A DNA stretch of 64,000 nucleotides from the human T2T-CHM13v2.0 reference genome, Homo sapiens. Positions within the stretch are counted from its first letter, which is position 1; every line of letters begins with the position of its first letter. The notes beneath the pieces are model-generated. The model had not been told where the DNA came from, ran no database searches, and worked only from the letters and a program-made list of their open reading frames with translations. The stretch lies in the NCBI RefSeq assembly GCF_009914755.1, contig NC_060929.1; one strand, given 5' to 3'. The position numbers and the translations under genes were made by a program. Shown in pieces: positions 16,098-35,152 of this stretch.

Positions 16098-16169
16098 CTA
16101 AATTCCTAACCTCTGCTTATTTGGAAATTAATGAAATTTAATTTTTACCAAAGTAATAAATGTACTTAG

Positions 16170-16524
16170 TGATATGGTTTGGCTCTGTGTCGCCACCCAA
16201 ATCTCATCTGGAATTGTACTCCCTTAATTCCCACGTGTTGTGGGAGGGACCTAGTGGGAGATAATTGAATCATGGGGGTGGTTCCCCCCATACTGTTCTT
16301 GTGGTAGTGAATAAGTCTTATGAGATCTGATGGTCTTATCAGGGGTTTCCACCTTTGCATCTTCCTCATTTTTCTCTTACCACTGCCATGTAACAAGTGC
16401 CTTTCACCTCCTGCAATGATTCTGAGGCCTACCCAGCCATGTAGAACTGTAAGTCCAATTAAACCTCTTTTTTTCCCCAGTCTTGGGTATGTCTTTGTCA
16501 GCTGTGTGAAAATGGACTAATACA
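16170..16524 (+). mobile_element. THE1 solo LTR, THE1B/C-like
   Basis: tgatatggtttggctctgtgtc...aatggactaataca; ATTAAA at 16458-16463; degenerate TSD. Confidence 0.9.
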
Positions 16525-16787
16525 TGTAGTTAACAAAATCAGATACTACTAACATATTGATAGAGAAAAGTAGTAGCACCCATTTCCCACCCCACACTAG
16601 CACCTGGTGTCCCTAAGACTGAGGTCATGTGTCAGGTGCCATTCTTTATTGTACTTACGCAGCTTTTCTCATAATAATGGAAAACAGCTATTTCCTACAG
16701 CCATACCACTATCAAAGAGAAAAATAAAAAGTTGCCTGTTTCAAGGAAATTGAAAAAGCGCATTTAAATAAAAATGATTTCTTTTGA

Positions 16788-17083
16788 GGCTGGGTGTGGT
16801 GGCTCACGCCTGTAATCCAAGCACTTTGGGAGGCCAAGGCAGGTGGATCATGTGAGGTCAGGTGTTGGAGATCAGACTGGCCAACATGGCAAAACCCTGT
16901 CTTTACTAAAAATACAAAAATTAGCCGGGTGTGGTGGTGCACCCCTATAGTCCCAGCTACTTGGGAGGCTGAGGCGGGAGAATTGCTTGAACCCGGGGGG
17001 GTGGAGGTTGCAGTGAGCCGAGACCGTGCCACTGCACTCTAGCCTGGGTGACAGAGAGAGACTCCATCTCAAAAAAAAAAAAA
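16788..17083 (+). mobile_element. AluS
   Basis: TSD gatttcttttga. Confidence 0.9.
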
Positions 17084-19844
17084 GATTTCTTTTGAAACAA
17101 TTTCAAACTCATATGCAAGTTGTAGGAACAGTATATAGAACTTTGGCATACCCTTCATCTAGAGATGCCATTAAAGTTTTGCTAATAGTCCCAGTAACAC
17201 TCCTGATGGCAAAGGATCCTATCCAAAGTTTCATCAGCAATGCAACCAGTTGTCCTTTTCTGTAGTTTCTTCCAACCTGGCATTGTTCCTCAGCCTTTTC
17301 CTGGCTTTCATGGCCTAGACATGGGTGAAGATTAGAGACCAGTCATTTTGTAGAATCTTCCTCTATTTGGTCTTGTCCTGTTTCCTCCTAGTTAGACCTA
17401 GGGTGTGCATTTTGGCAAGAATGTCACAGAGCTGTATTTTTTTCATTGCAACCCACTGGGTAGCACATGATGTGTATTTGGTTGCTGTTTTTTTCACTCG
17501 ATTACTTATTAGGCTGGCATCTCCCAGGTGTCTCTACTGTAAAATTATTCTTTACTCTCTCTGTAATTAATAAGGATCTTGTGAGGAGAGACTTTGAGAC
17601 TCTGTAGATATCTATTTCGTCATCAACCTTTCACTGACTGGAGTTTTAGCATCCATTGATTTTTCTTGACTGAATTAATTGTTACTATGATGTTGCCAAA
17701 TGTTGATTTTCTGTTATCATTCCTTCTTCATCTATTAGTTGTCTTTCTACTATGAAGAAAAGCTTTCTCCTCTCACGTATTCATTTATTCTTATCAGTAT
17801 GGATTCATAGGTGCTTTATTCAATGGATTGTAATCTGTTACTGTCATTATTTATTTTAATGCTCAGAATTTCCCATATTTGGCCAGGGGACACCACTTCA
17901 AATTAGTTCCTGTGTCCTTTTTATGTTTCTCCATCATTGAGCACCACCTTACTTTATGACTTAAAAAGATGTTCCAGGCTCATCTTACTCATTCTCTGGA
18001 GTCAATGATTTGAAGAGAGCAGATTTATTTGTAGAAATAGGACTACGCCTAAATGTTTAAAATGCAAAAACAGAGTGTGTTATCCAGTCTGCTTCATGTT
18101 CATACGCTACCACCGAGTCACCCAGATTTGATATTTCACCCCTGCATTGCTGCCAGGTTTGTTAGGTATCAACCCCAACAGAAGAGGTGTGCATTTTTAT
18201 AGGCAATTAAATATTAGCTGTGAACTTTAGCATTCATGAGGGGGAACACAGAAAGGAATGAACACTGATCTATGTTGCAGAATTGTTTGTTTTCCTCCTC
18301 TCAGATACTCAAGAGGCTGCCAGCATAGGAGCTCTGTCTAGAGAGAAAACAGTTTTTACATATTTCTCTTTAATGGTAATAGAAGCAAAACTACTGTTGT
18401 GAAAAGACACTGGGTTTAGACTACACCATATGGCCCTGAGAGGTGTTCATCACTATAGCCTCTAATGGCTGAACTCAAAATAGCCCATATTTCTGCATTG
18501 ATGGAGAATTAGCTACTGACTGCCAGGAAACACCCATTGTAGCAGCTCTTCAGCCTTGTAATTTAAAATAATTACTAATTAAATGAAAATAAAATAGAGT
18601 CCATAATAACAATAATAATCACTGTAGCATTGGTCATTACCGAAGTATTGTTTGTAGGAGTGTTACCTAGGGGAACATCGCTTGCAGAAGGGTGGAAGAA
18701 CTGTGGAAGGAGCTGGGGTTTATTATTACTGCTAGGTAGGGAATCAGGACCGCTCCAGAGTGCTTGGCAACCATAGTCCTAATTTGATATTCCATCTATA
18801 TTGCCAATCTCATGTTGTTTCAAGGAATTTGTTCACTAATACAGAAGGCAGCATGCCATTAAAAACCAAGGAACAGGAACAGCTGTGTGGCACTCGCCAA
18901 CAGATTTATATCATTGCAGGAAACAACCCAAGCAATTACCTTGTCTTTGACAAGCATCACTCTTATCCCCATCTCAGGAAAATTGAGGCCCTTTTGCAAG
19001 AGGGCCTTTGAGTGTATATGACCAACATTAAGTGGTTATGACAGGACATATGGAATACTGTACATGGAGCCAGTTTCAGATAACTGTCCAGAGGCCTGTC
19101 TGTGTATCTAAGAAAGTAAAAGGTGGAGGCTACCTGGTTAAAGGAGGAAGACTTTCAGTTTTTATTGTTTGGGTGACCTAAAATAACATGCATTTCTTTA
19201 CATGTTCATTCACCCAACAAATGTTTGAGTGCTACTATGCACCAGATATTGTTCTAGGTGCTGGGAATATTAACATAGACATGGTTGCCGACCTCAGGAA
19301 TCTGACAGTCCACTGGCTAGGGAGGAATATACAAATATAGACATGTAAAAAGTACCATGGAGGAAAAGAAGAGAGTGCTTGGGGGATAGCAGGGGGACCT
19401 TTTCAGCAATGTGGCATCTGTGATGGGCTCTTTGAGGAAGTGCCATTTTTGCTGAGGCCTGAAGTCCAAGGAGAGATTAGCCAGGAAATCGAGTAGGGGA
19501 GAATGTTCAGGCAAAGGCAGTGCCATGGGCAAAGGCCCCAAATGAAGATGAACCTAGTTCACTGGAGAAACTAAAGCAGAGTGTATGGAGAAGCACAGAA
19601 ACACAGAGTGGGGGAGGATGCGGCACAAGGTACGAATAGGTCAACCGACTTCCGGGACAGGTGGTCTTGGAGAGGAGTCCAGATTTCACTGTAAGTATAA
19701 AGGGAATCTTTGAAGCTGGGGAGTGGCAGTGCCTGGTTGATGTCTGTAAAAGCTCAGTCTGGTCTCTGGTAGACAATGGCCTTGGGTAGTGGGGCCTGAG
19801 CTGATGCCAGAAACCAGGTAGGAGGTCATTTAAGAATTCAGGTT

Positions 19845-20159
<315 letters not shown>

Positions 20160-20399
20160 GAATTCAGGTAAGAAACGACTGTCCCTTGGACCAGGGAGAT
20201 GGTAGGGAATGACAGGAAGTAGACTGACTGGAAATTCATTTAGGCAGCAGCACTGACTGGGGGTGGTCAGGAGTGTGGCGGTTCCAGGGCAGGTTCCCAG
20301 GTCTCTGGCTTGAGCACAGGGTGAATGGATGTGCAGTATGCTGAGGTGGGAAGCATCAGAGGATGACTAGATCTGGATATTAAAATACCCAGATTCATT

Positions 20400-21905
<1,506 letters not shown>

Positions 21906-22053
21906 AAAACATTAACATTTTTAGATATTAAATTTGAGATGCCTGATAGTCACAGTTGGATATTTCAGCCAGGATTTCAGAAGAAAAGTCTTCTAGTCAG
22001 TTTGAATTCCATCAATGAAGGTGTGCAGAGAACTCTTATGAATAACTCATCAT

Positions 22054-22346
22054 GGCCAGCTCATGCCTGTAATCCCAACACTTTGGGAGGCTAAGGCTGA
22101 CAGATCACTTGAGCCCAGGAGTTTGAGGATAGCCTGGGCAGCATGGCAAATCATCATCTCTACAAAAAATATAGAAATTAGCCAGGCATGGTGGCATATG
22201 CCTGTAGTCCTAGCTACTCAAGAGGCTGAGGTGGGAGGATTGCTTGAGTCCAGGAGGTTGAGGCTACAGTGAGCTGAGATGGCACCACTGCAGTCCAGCC
22301 TGGGTGACAGAGTGAGACCCTGTCTCTAAAATAAAATAAAAATAAA
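22054..22346 (+). mobile_element. AluJ
   Basis: Dimeric Alu with J features. Confidence 0.85.
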
Positions 22347-25134
22347 TACCTAACTCATCATAGTGGACCTCCCATGTTTGTTCTTAAGACTTCCTACTCC
22401 TACCAGTGTGTCCACTATTTGAGGATGTGAACATTTGGGTATTTGAGTTCATTTCTGGTGAACAAATAGCATTTTGCACCAGGTTCTTGTCTTTCTAATC
22501 CATGTTGTTCTCACTCCTGTGGAAATTAATGAAGAATAATTAAATGTCAGATGCAAGTAAAAGTGGTGAAAAGCTTCAGAAAGTAAGAATTTATTGTCTT
22601 TTTCTTGGTAGGTATAGCTAGCTGAATTCAAGTAGTTTTAATAATCTTTTAGAGTGAATGGAAAGCATTTTTGTTTGTTTTTCCTTTTTTTGTAACAAAG
22701 AAAATTCAGTTTTAAAGTGTTTTTCAATTTCTCTCTGAGCTTTCTTTCATTCTCTGATTTCTTTGCTTCTCAGTGGGATAATATAAACCAATTTTCTGTT
22801 GTCTATTATTCATCAAAGCTGTCGATTTACCCTGAACAGAACGAAGAGAAGGATATTATTAAAATAAAACAATTTCCAATTGAGCTGCTAATAAATGCTG
22901 AAATGCATCTACATTTCTCCTATTGATTATCTCCTGCTGACAAAGGCAAACACAAGCTTGTATGGCAGGCTGCCCGTGGAAATGAAAGATTTAATTAGAT
23001 GAAAACCGAATGAGCTGGAAGATCTACTGCACTCAGTCAACAAGCGATTGTTATTCATAATTGGCTGTTTAAAATGTCCCTGCTTATTGAGCCTTTTTCA
23101 CTTAAAAAATTCCCTACAGTGCATTAAGATGAACGAAATCGTTAGTAAATTTTCCCCTGTGCATTCTGCAAGCTCAGGGTTGTGGACTAGAATGAGCCCT
23201 GTCAGGCCATAAATCAGGTGTAATACAACATCTTGAAATTGGGAACTAGCAAGCAAAAGCAGGGAGACAGTTTCCTCTCTATGTAGCCGTATGTCCAAGT
23301 GCTGAAGGTGGAAAAAGAGACGCTAGTGGAAGAGAGGTAAGAAGAAGCCCAGAAACTTAGGGAGTGGGATTCTTTAGAACTCACTAGCTCTGCAGGTGCC
23401 TGCATTTAAAATTTAGTGTCTGATAAATGCACTGATATTTAGTGAGGGGAGTATATTACAAAGTCGGTATTCATTTCACCAGGAGGATTTCAGATACCTC
23501 TCAAGTTCCCTGCTCTTCAAGACACAGTGGGGAAAAGAAAGATGGATGGAATTGTTGCCTGTGGCAGCCACGTGCCATTTAGCCTATACAAATGTTCCTT
23601 CTTGGAATCCCAAGCAAGTCATGAACGTTTGAAGGCTTTGGTTTCCTCATTCACACAATGGGGATATCGATTGCACTGTTCTAATCCATTCGCTATGAGG
23701 ATTAAATGAGATAATGTAGGTAAAGCTTTTAGCACAGTGACTGGGAACATATAAGCCCTAAATGACTGTCAGCTATTCACAATAATAATTCACCTTCCAC
23801 ATCTATAGGCTCTTGAGGAGAAGACAGTATTTCCTCTGTTTCTTATATTTCCGATAGCATCTTGCCCAATGCCTTACACTTCTGCTCTCCATAAAAATTT
23901 TTGAATGAAAGCGAATGTCAATCTCTCAATCTTGAGGTTCTTAGAGATTCACATAGGAGTTGACCATTGTTCAACAAATACATGTTTAAAATCTGACTTT
24001 TAAATAAAATTTTAAGAGACAGGGTCTCACTTTATCACCCAGGCTGGAGTGCAGGGGCCTCATCTTGACTTCTCGGGCTCAAGGGATCCTCCGGTCTCAG
24101 TCTCTCAAGCAGCTGGGACTAAAAGTGCATGTCAACATGCACAGCTAATTTTAAAAAATTGTTTCATTTTGTCTTTCTTATTGCAAAAGAAGTGACAGCT
24201 GCTTCTTGGCAGAGACAGTGAAAACAGTGGTCAAGAGGGCAGATGTGTGGGAGCCAGACTGCCTGAATAAGCATTTCTTTTCTCTCCACCAATGGAACGA
24301 TTGGATTGTAGAGGAATAAATAAATTAATACACATACAACACTTGGAACAGTGCCTAGAACATAGCATGTGCTCAATAAATACTAACTAGCATTGAACAA
24401 AATACAACAAAAAACAAGAGATCACTCATTCTCGGGATCTTGAGATAACTGCTAAGAAACAGTTATTGAGACCATACTATGTGAGTGACAGAGTGCTAGG
24501 CATTGTGGGACGTATATATTAATAGCCCACTGATTGAACTCTTAGTGATATCAGGCACTGTGCTCAGTGCTTTGCACATATTGTCTTATTTAATTCACAC
24601 AACAATCCTACGAGGTAGGCATATTATTATCCCCTATTTTTGAGATGAGAAAACAGGACCAGAGAGGCTTGGTAACTTCTCCAAGGTCATACAGGTGGTA
24701 AATGATGGAGCTAAGATTCAAACACAGGTCTCTTTGATTCCAGAGTTAACCTTTATGCACATCCCTAGAAGCCTGATACTAAGTTAAGATGAGGCAGCCC
24801 AGATGAAAGAGACAAACATGACCTAAGTGAGGTGGGAGAGCCGGCAGAGGACAAAAAATCAGACAATTGTAATACATTTGCTCCATGCTATAACTGTGAC
24901 TGTTATAATTAGGCCTCAGACACTTTCTTAACACAGTGATTTGGACATTTGAACAAAGCTGGCACATGAGATGAAACCTTCTGCCATTCCTAGCACAAGC
25001 TTTGTATTAAATACAGACTTAAGAAACTCAGAGGGATTCTTCTGAAAAACCTTTATGGAGTTCCTAATGACCAGGTCTGATTCTTCATGTCATATTACGC
25101 TGCATTTATGTGGCATCAGAATCTTGAGGCTAGA

Positions 25135-25426
25135 TTTTTTTTTTGAGACAGAGTTTTGCTCTTGTTGCCCACGCTGCAGTGCAGTGGCATGATCTCGTCT
25201 CACCACAACTTCTGTCTCCCAGGTTCAAGCGATTCTCCTGCCTCAGCTTCCTGAGTAGTTGGGATTACAGGCATGCACCAGCATGCCCAGCTAATTTTGT
25301 ATTTTTAGTAGAGATAGGGTTTCTCCATGTTGGTCAGGCTGGTCTCGAACTCCCGACCCTAGGTGATCCGCCTGCCTTGGCCTCCCAAAGTGCTGGGATC
25401 ACAGGCATGAGCCACTGTGCCCAGCC
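25135..25426 (-). mobile_element. AluSp/Sq
   Basis: TSD gaggctagat. Confidence 0.9.
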
Positions 25427-25969
25427 CGAGGCTAGATGTTTTTTAATATCTGGCCCCCTTTAGTCACCACTCCCATATAAAAACACTATTATGTTAGTTC
25501 TTGTTTCTCAAGTGTAATCTTGAATCAAGTGGAAGAGATAAACAACGTCAATGAAAATATCTTTTGCAGACACTGGCAGGATTTATCCTTTTGGAAATGA
25601 GATAAAAGATGCATAAATGTTTAATTTTACTTTTGATGTTAATGTAACCATTGAGCACACTTGGTCCCCAAGCAAATTAATTGCTACAAAATGATAATAA
25701 ATAGCACACAGTCTGTATTGAACTGTTGTCTGTTGGATTAGCCACCCCTCCGCATGGTCTCATGGAAGAAGCTGACCTCTATACCCAAGTTTGATGAGCA
25801 GCTGTGCTGCATTAAGCACATTGGAAGGCTCCTTGGAAAACCTGGGGTCCTGATCCTCTAGGTTCAGGTTGGTTCTTGGCATGTTGTGGAGTGAAAGTTG
25901 TTTGTGCAGTGAAGGTTCCCTCTCCCTTGGGGAGGATGTGCAAGGCGTGACTCAGAAGTCCCAGTGTAA

Positions 25970-26183
25970 GCCTGGCCAACATGGTGAAATGCCGCTCTAC
26001 AAAAAATACAAAAGTTAGCTGGGTGTGGTTGTGTGTGCCTGTAGTCCCAGCTACCTGGAGGCCGAGGTGGAAGGATCAATTGAGTCTGGGAGGTTGAGGC
26101 TGCAGTGAGCTGTGATCGCACCACAGCACTCCAGCCTGGGTGACAGACCCAGACTCTGTCTCAAAAAAAAAAAAAAAAAAAAA
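25970..26183 (+). mobile_element. 5'-truncated Alu
   Basis: Starts at gcctggccaac; TSD aagtcccaRtgt; poly(A) tail. Confidence 0.88.
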
Positions 26184-27082
26184 AGTCCCAATGTTGAGGC
26201 TAGCTTCCCCAATCCCTAGCTGTGTGATATTTAAAAGTCAAAGCCTCTCTGAGCTTTACTTGGTTTATCTGCAAAACAAAGTTGTGGCTAATAATTATAT
26301 ATATATATATTTTTTGTAATTTGTATTTTTAATTGTGGTAAAATACTTATAAGCTAAAATGTATCATCTTCACCAATTTTAAGTTCCCAGTTCAGTAGGC
26401 TAACAATTGTATTTAAGTATAATTTTAACTGTACCAATATTACCCCCGCTAGCCTGGCAGAATCATGGTGAGGGTCAACTGAGAAGGATGTGAAAATGCT
26501 TTGTAAGATAAAATGTCCTTTGCAGATATCAGTCGCTATGGTGGGCATGACCCCATCCTCTTTCTGTTTCCCACTCTGGGGCTTGGACTTCAGATCCCTT
26601 CAGTTCTAAGATTCTGTGGAAATGTTACTTCTTACCTGGTAGAGATTTCCATCTCAATAAGGAGTCAGGCTTTACACCAAAAGCCTGGAGTTTTCTCTAG
26701 GGAATCAGCATAATCATACACATAGCAATTTGGTTACTTTTCTTGTCACCCTATGGAGGAAGCCATTGGTAAAGTCTTTCTGGCTTGTTGGTGATCCTGG
26801 TGTATCTCCATAGCCATATCTATTTATTTATTCAAAAATATTTATCCAGTCCCTTCTAATTGCTAGGTCCTGTTTGAGGTCCTGGGAGCACAGCCTTGAA
26901 CGAAAGAGACAAACTCCCTGCCCTCATGGAGCTTACCTTTCCTTGGGGAAGGCAGGCAACAAAGTAGATATAAAATATCAAGTAGGAAGTTCAGCTTGCA
27001 ACTGAAATCCTCTAGCCTCACTCTGGTGCTTTGAAACAAATGGAGCTTTCAGGAGCTGCTGATAAAGGATGGGGATGCTGGC

Positions 27083-27348
27083 TTGGAGGCTGAGGCAGGA
27101 GGATTGCTTGAGGCTAGAAGTTGGAGACCAGCCTGGACAACATAGTAAGACCCCTTCTTTACAAAAAATTAAAAAAATTAGCTGGGTGTGGTGGTGCACG
27201 TTTGTAGTCCCAGCTACTCAGGAGGCTGAGGTGGGAGGATTGTTTGAACCCAGGAGGTGGAGGCTGCAATCAGCTACGATTGTGCCATTGTACTCCAGCC
27301 TGGGCGACAAAGTGAGACCCTGTCTCAAAAAAAAAAAAAAAAAAAAAA
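27083..27348 (+). mobile_element. 5'-truncated AluJ
   Basis: Alu body plus poly(A). Confidence 0.85.
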
Positions 27349-27847
27349 GATGTCGAATTCTTTTAAAACAGGGCTGTGAAATTTGGTAAAGAGGGGACAA
27401 CCCTGTTAAAAAGAAGAGGAGATAAACATTTCTTGAGGCTTTCTCATGTACCAGGCACCCAAATTACCATAATTCATTTATAATTTTGCATTCATTTGGA
27501 TATTGGTCTAGCTGCTTTAATATAGAACAAAATAATAGAGGCTTTAATGAGGCAGAAGTTAATTTTTCTCTCAGATATACAAGTTTGGGCTAGTGGGTGG
27601 TTCTGTAGAGCAGAGCAGCAATATTTCCCAAGGTTATTCTAGAGCCTGGGCTCCTTGTATTCAGCTGCTGTACTGTGTATGTCCCAGAGTGCTGCCGCAG
27701 TGGATGGGGTCAAAGATGATGCACACCACCCTGATAATTGTGTTGCAGCCAGCAGGAAGAGCAACGGGAAGTGAGGGCATGCCCCCTAGTCTTAAGGGTG
27801 TGGCCTCAGAGTTATAGACATTATTTTCTCTTATATTTCATTAGCCA

Positions 27848-28392
<545 letters not shown>

Positions 28393-28952
28393 ATTGGCCA
28401 GAACCTGGTCACATGGACACACCCAGCTGCAAGAAAGCTTGGGAAATGTTGTCTTTAGCTGGGTGACAATGTGTCCAACTACAGCTTGGGGGTTTTTAAT
28501 TACTGAAAGGAAGCAGGGGAGAATGGATATGGGGGATGTGGTGGGATTAAGGATGGATATAAGTAGGTACTAGCATCATCCTCATCTTGCAGATGAGGGA
28601 GACACAGAGTCAGGACTGGAATCTAGGTCTGTGTCACTTCACTGCTCTGCCAGGAGGTGACGAGGAAGGCAGCTTTGAGAGATGGCGGGAATTACTCAGC
28701 CAGCCCTTGATTCTGACATTGTGGCAGGAGCAAGAGGAAGAAGAACCGAGGCTGAAGAGGACCACTTTCTCCACTTCCTCCTGCACTCTTCCTAAGCACT
28801 CAATTCTGTCTGAGACTTTAGATCTAAGATAGTCTTATTTGTTATTGGCTTCAATAGAATAAAATCTTATCTCTTCCACCATGAAAAAAATAAAAGGAGT
28901 ACATGCTCATGGAAGTTGGTAGCTGTGATACCAATAGAAGTGTAAACTCTAT

Positions 28953-29259
<307 letters not shown>

Positions 29260-29433
29260 CTAGGAAGAGGGAAGTGACTGGGTTGTAAAGGAAACAGGCT
29301 TTGGAATCATGAGGGATTCATACCTGGTTCTGAATCTATTTACCAGCTGAGCCTTGTTTTTTTGTATCTGCAAAGTGGGAGCATAGCACAGCTGCTCCAT
29401 ATAATTGCTGAAAGCATTAAAAGCGAAAATGTA

Positions 29434-29944
<511 letters not shown>

Positions 29945-31543
29945 TCATTGCCATGGCTACTACATAAAGTACCGGAATCAGTTTCAAAAAAAGAGATAAT
30001 TTATTATAAAGGTGTATACATTTCAGAGCTCCGATGCTGAGGGTGAAGGCCAATGGGGGAGATAGTTCAATTATGCGCCTGTCCACTGAGGACCCTGTGC
30101 TCAGGTAAAAGTTGCTTTTTGGACTGCTGACCTCCAATCAAAATCAGTCACATTTTTGACCCTCTTGACTCTGTCAAGCCAAGAGGATAAACATTGAATC
30201 ACTGAGGTTTCCTCATCATCTGCTCAGGAGAAGACATACTCCCTAGCTCATTGATTGAGTAGGTTTTGTTTAAAGTGGATGTGAGGTGGGTATAGGCGGA
30301 AAATTGGCCTGTCAAGGAAAGAATAGCCAAGAGGCAGCACAATAGCAAAGGGGGAAGTCAGGGTAGGCATCAAAAGGTGAATTATCTCCAGCCTATGCTT
30401 TGGGAATTGGTCCCCTATCTATAAAATGAGTAGCTATCACCTATGTGCCTATGACAAATCTCCTGGAGGAGCCTCCATTTATATGTAATATCCAGAAGAG
30501 GTAAATCTGTAGAGACAGAAAGCAGCTTAGTGGTTTCGAGAAGCTGGGGAGAAGGGGCAATGGGGAGTGATGACCTGATGGGGCTCCCTTTAAGGGTGAT
30601 GAAAAGGTTTTGGAACTAGATAGAGGTGGTGGTTGCACAGCACTGTGAGTGAACTAAATGCCACTAAGTTGTACCATTTAAAATGGTGAAATTTATGTTA
30701 TGTGAATTTTATCTCAAAAAATAGAAACTAAAAATAAACAAAACCCTCTCTCAGATCCCTTTCAACCACATTGATGCTGTCAAGGCAGCCTCTGGAAAGA
30801 TAAAGATAGTGGCTGGGCTCTGACCCCAGTGCAATGCCCATGGCTAAGTGTTGTGGGGATGGGGGTAGTCCTCACTCCCTCTGACCTGTTCCTCTTCTTA
30901 CCCCTCACAGAAGAACCCGCAGGGCTGCGTGCACCAATGCCAAGTGGTTAAGAGTATGGGTTTTCTGGGGATCTTAACCTAATTGTGAATCCTGACCAGG
31001 CCACTATTGATGGTGTGAATCTGGATGTTACAGAACCTCTCTGAGCCTCAATTTCCTCACTTGTTAAATGGGGATGAGAATATCATGCTTTTGTTAGCAT
31101 GAACTAAGCATGTAAAGCATTTAACACAATGCAGGGAGTATTACTACCATTCAATAAATGGTAGTGGCTATTATAAGTAATAATTCTGTTATCTGTTGTA
31201 TCTGCCTGAGCATAATATTGGTTGCCAAGATCCAGAGGTAGCAAGAAGTTTTGTCTTCAGCTAAATCCTTTAAAAACAATCCCAAACCCCAACAGCCTAT
31301 TGCGGGGTGGGAGGTGTAGAGACTTGGCAACAATCAAAGATATTATTATTGTCTTAGTTTTTTTGTTTTGAAAAGATCTAATAAATAGCATTCTTCTTCC
31401 GTGTCTGAGTGAGTCTTAAACCAATTGAAAAATAAGACAAAGGGCAGCTGCTCAGGCAGCAGATGCTGGAAGCCAGGCCCTGGGCATCATGCACTACAAA
31501 TTTAGTGGCTTCAAGCAGAAGTTGGTGGGAGCATGGGCTTTGA

Positions 31544-32120
<577 letters not shown>

Positions 32121-32300
32121 TAAACTGACCTCCAATTCCACTGCATGTGAATCTGCTGGGAAAAACAAAGTTCCAGAACTGCAGAAGTTTTTCCAGAAAT
32201 CTGACAGTGTGACCATCCACCTGAAACAAGGCCTGCCTGACCAAATGCATTATGGGACAGCCATGGTGCTGAACTGTGGGAGGGACCATCTACTACCTGA

Positions 32301-32699
<399 letters not shown>

Positions 32700-34421
32700 T
32701 GATTTTTCATTTTTGATTGTTTCTGTTAATTTTTTTTTTTTACTTGGATGGCTTACTTAACATTATTGCAAGAAGAATAGAAAGATATGAAGACAGTGTT
32801 TCTGTTTGTTTAGGAAAAGCATGTGGCTTCAGAGCTCATTCGATGGTTAAAACTATCATTTAAACAAGTGATGCCGTGCTCTATGCTTGTGTTCCTGATT
32901 TCCCTGGCGGTTCTGGTTGCCCACGGGCTTATTCACATCAGTCTGTGCTGAGGACCTTAGGGACTTACTTGAGGTCGCATTTTTGAGCATGGGGTAGAGA
33001 AGCCTTTTTGGATTTGGATACAGCTGAGGAAAGAAAACAGAAGCCAAGGCCAGGAGCATAAAATGAGGGGCTCAAGTTAGTAGTCACCTTGGGGATTTTT
33101 CTATCTTGCAGTAAAATCTTAATAGAAATTATCTGTAGTCTGCCTCTATTCATTGGGCAGTTCATTTCAAAGGGCTATTGGCCTCATCTCTGATCTTTAG
33201 TGAAATTGTGTGTGTAATGGTGTGTATTTATTCCATGATGGGAACAGAGAACACTTGTTTAGTGTTGCACTTTAGACTGGTGTCTTCTTTGCTAATGCAG
33301 CTGTGCCACCAATTCTCCGTTATCTTTTAAAAATATTGTGGCTTTAAATTATGACTTATTTTGACTGTGGAATAAATACACGAATGAAAAAAAAAAAAGA
33401 AAAATAAGACAGAAGGCTGGGGAGATATAGCTGATTTTGGAGATTAAAGGGATTTCATATTGCTGAATCCCCGAATGAGACTTCTCACCCCACCATAGAC
33501 AAGGCTGGATCACTGGACAGCTGCCCAGATTGTGGTCTGTCCTTGATACACTTACAGTATGAGGGAACAGAGGCCATGCTAGCCCCTTGCAATAGGGCAC
33601 GTTCCTAAGCCCACCAAACAGGGCAGGGACTCTGCCTCTAGGAGCGAAGCCAGGAATGGCCCTAGGGGACCATCTTCCAAATAGAAGGAAAGTCATGAGA
33701 GAGAGAGATGCCTCTTCACATTGTTTAGCTATAGGCCCATCCGAGTGGTCTCCATGACAAGGCAGGGGCTTCCTAGACAATGAGATAGCTGTCCTGCTTC
33801 TGCCCCCATGTGGTCTGACATGGGGGAACGCCACTCTACTGCTGGGGACCCTTCCTTTTACATTCAGTAAGAAGTCCTTTGTTACAAAGGAAATAGAATA
33901 GCAAACAAATAAACACAAAACCTGGAAACAGCCTAATTTTGCCCAACATTAGGGGAATAAACTAAATTATAGAATATCCATTCAATGGAATGGTAAGCCA
34001 TTTAAAAAAGCTGTTTACAAAGGGCTTATAATAATGTGGGAGTTATGTGGCATTATGTTATAACGTCAAATGAAAAAAGTATGGTACAGAATTGCACATA
34101 TAGTATGAACTTGGCTATATTAAAACCTCGCTAAGATTATACGTAGAAAAATGAACAATTTGGGAGGAAGTTTCCAAAATATTCACAGTGGTTGCCTTTT
34201 TGGTTAGTTTTTTCCTATAGCTTACAAATTTTCTATAATAAGCATGTATTTCTTTTGCAATGGAAAAACCCAACTTTATTTAAAAAATAAAACTTTTTTA
34301 TAATGGCAGAGGTTACTCATTATCAGTCAAATCAACAATTTAGAACTTTATAGATTCATAAGATTACAGAATGCTAATGCTGCAAGGGACCTTAGAGATT
34401 GTCCTAGTTTAAGAATTAAGA

Positions 34422-35152
<731 letters not shown>

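Noticed and set aside
33349-33918. 189-aa minus-strand ORF
   Set aside because: Non-ATG start, no recognisable domain, crosses the pseudogene poly(A) junction.
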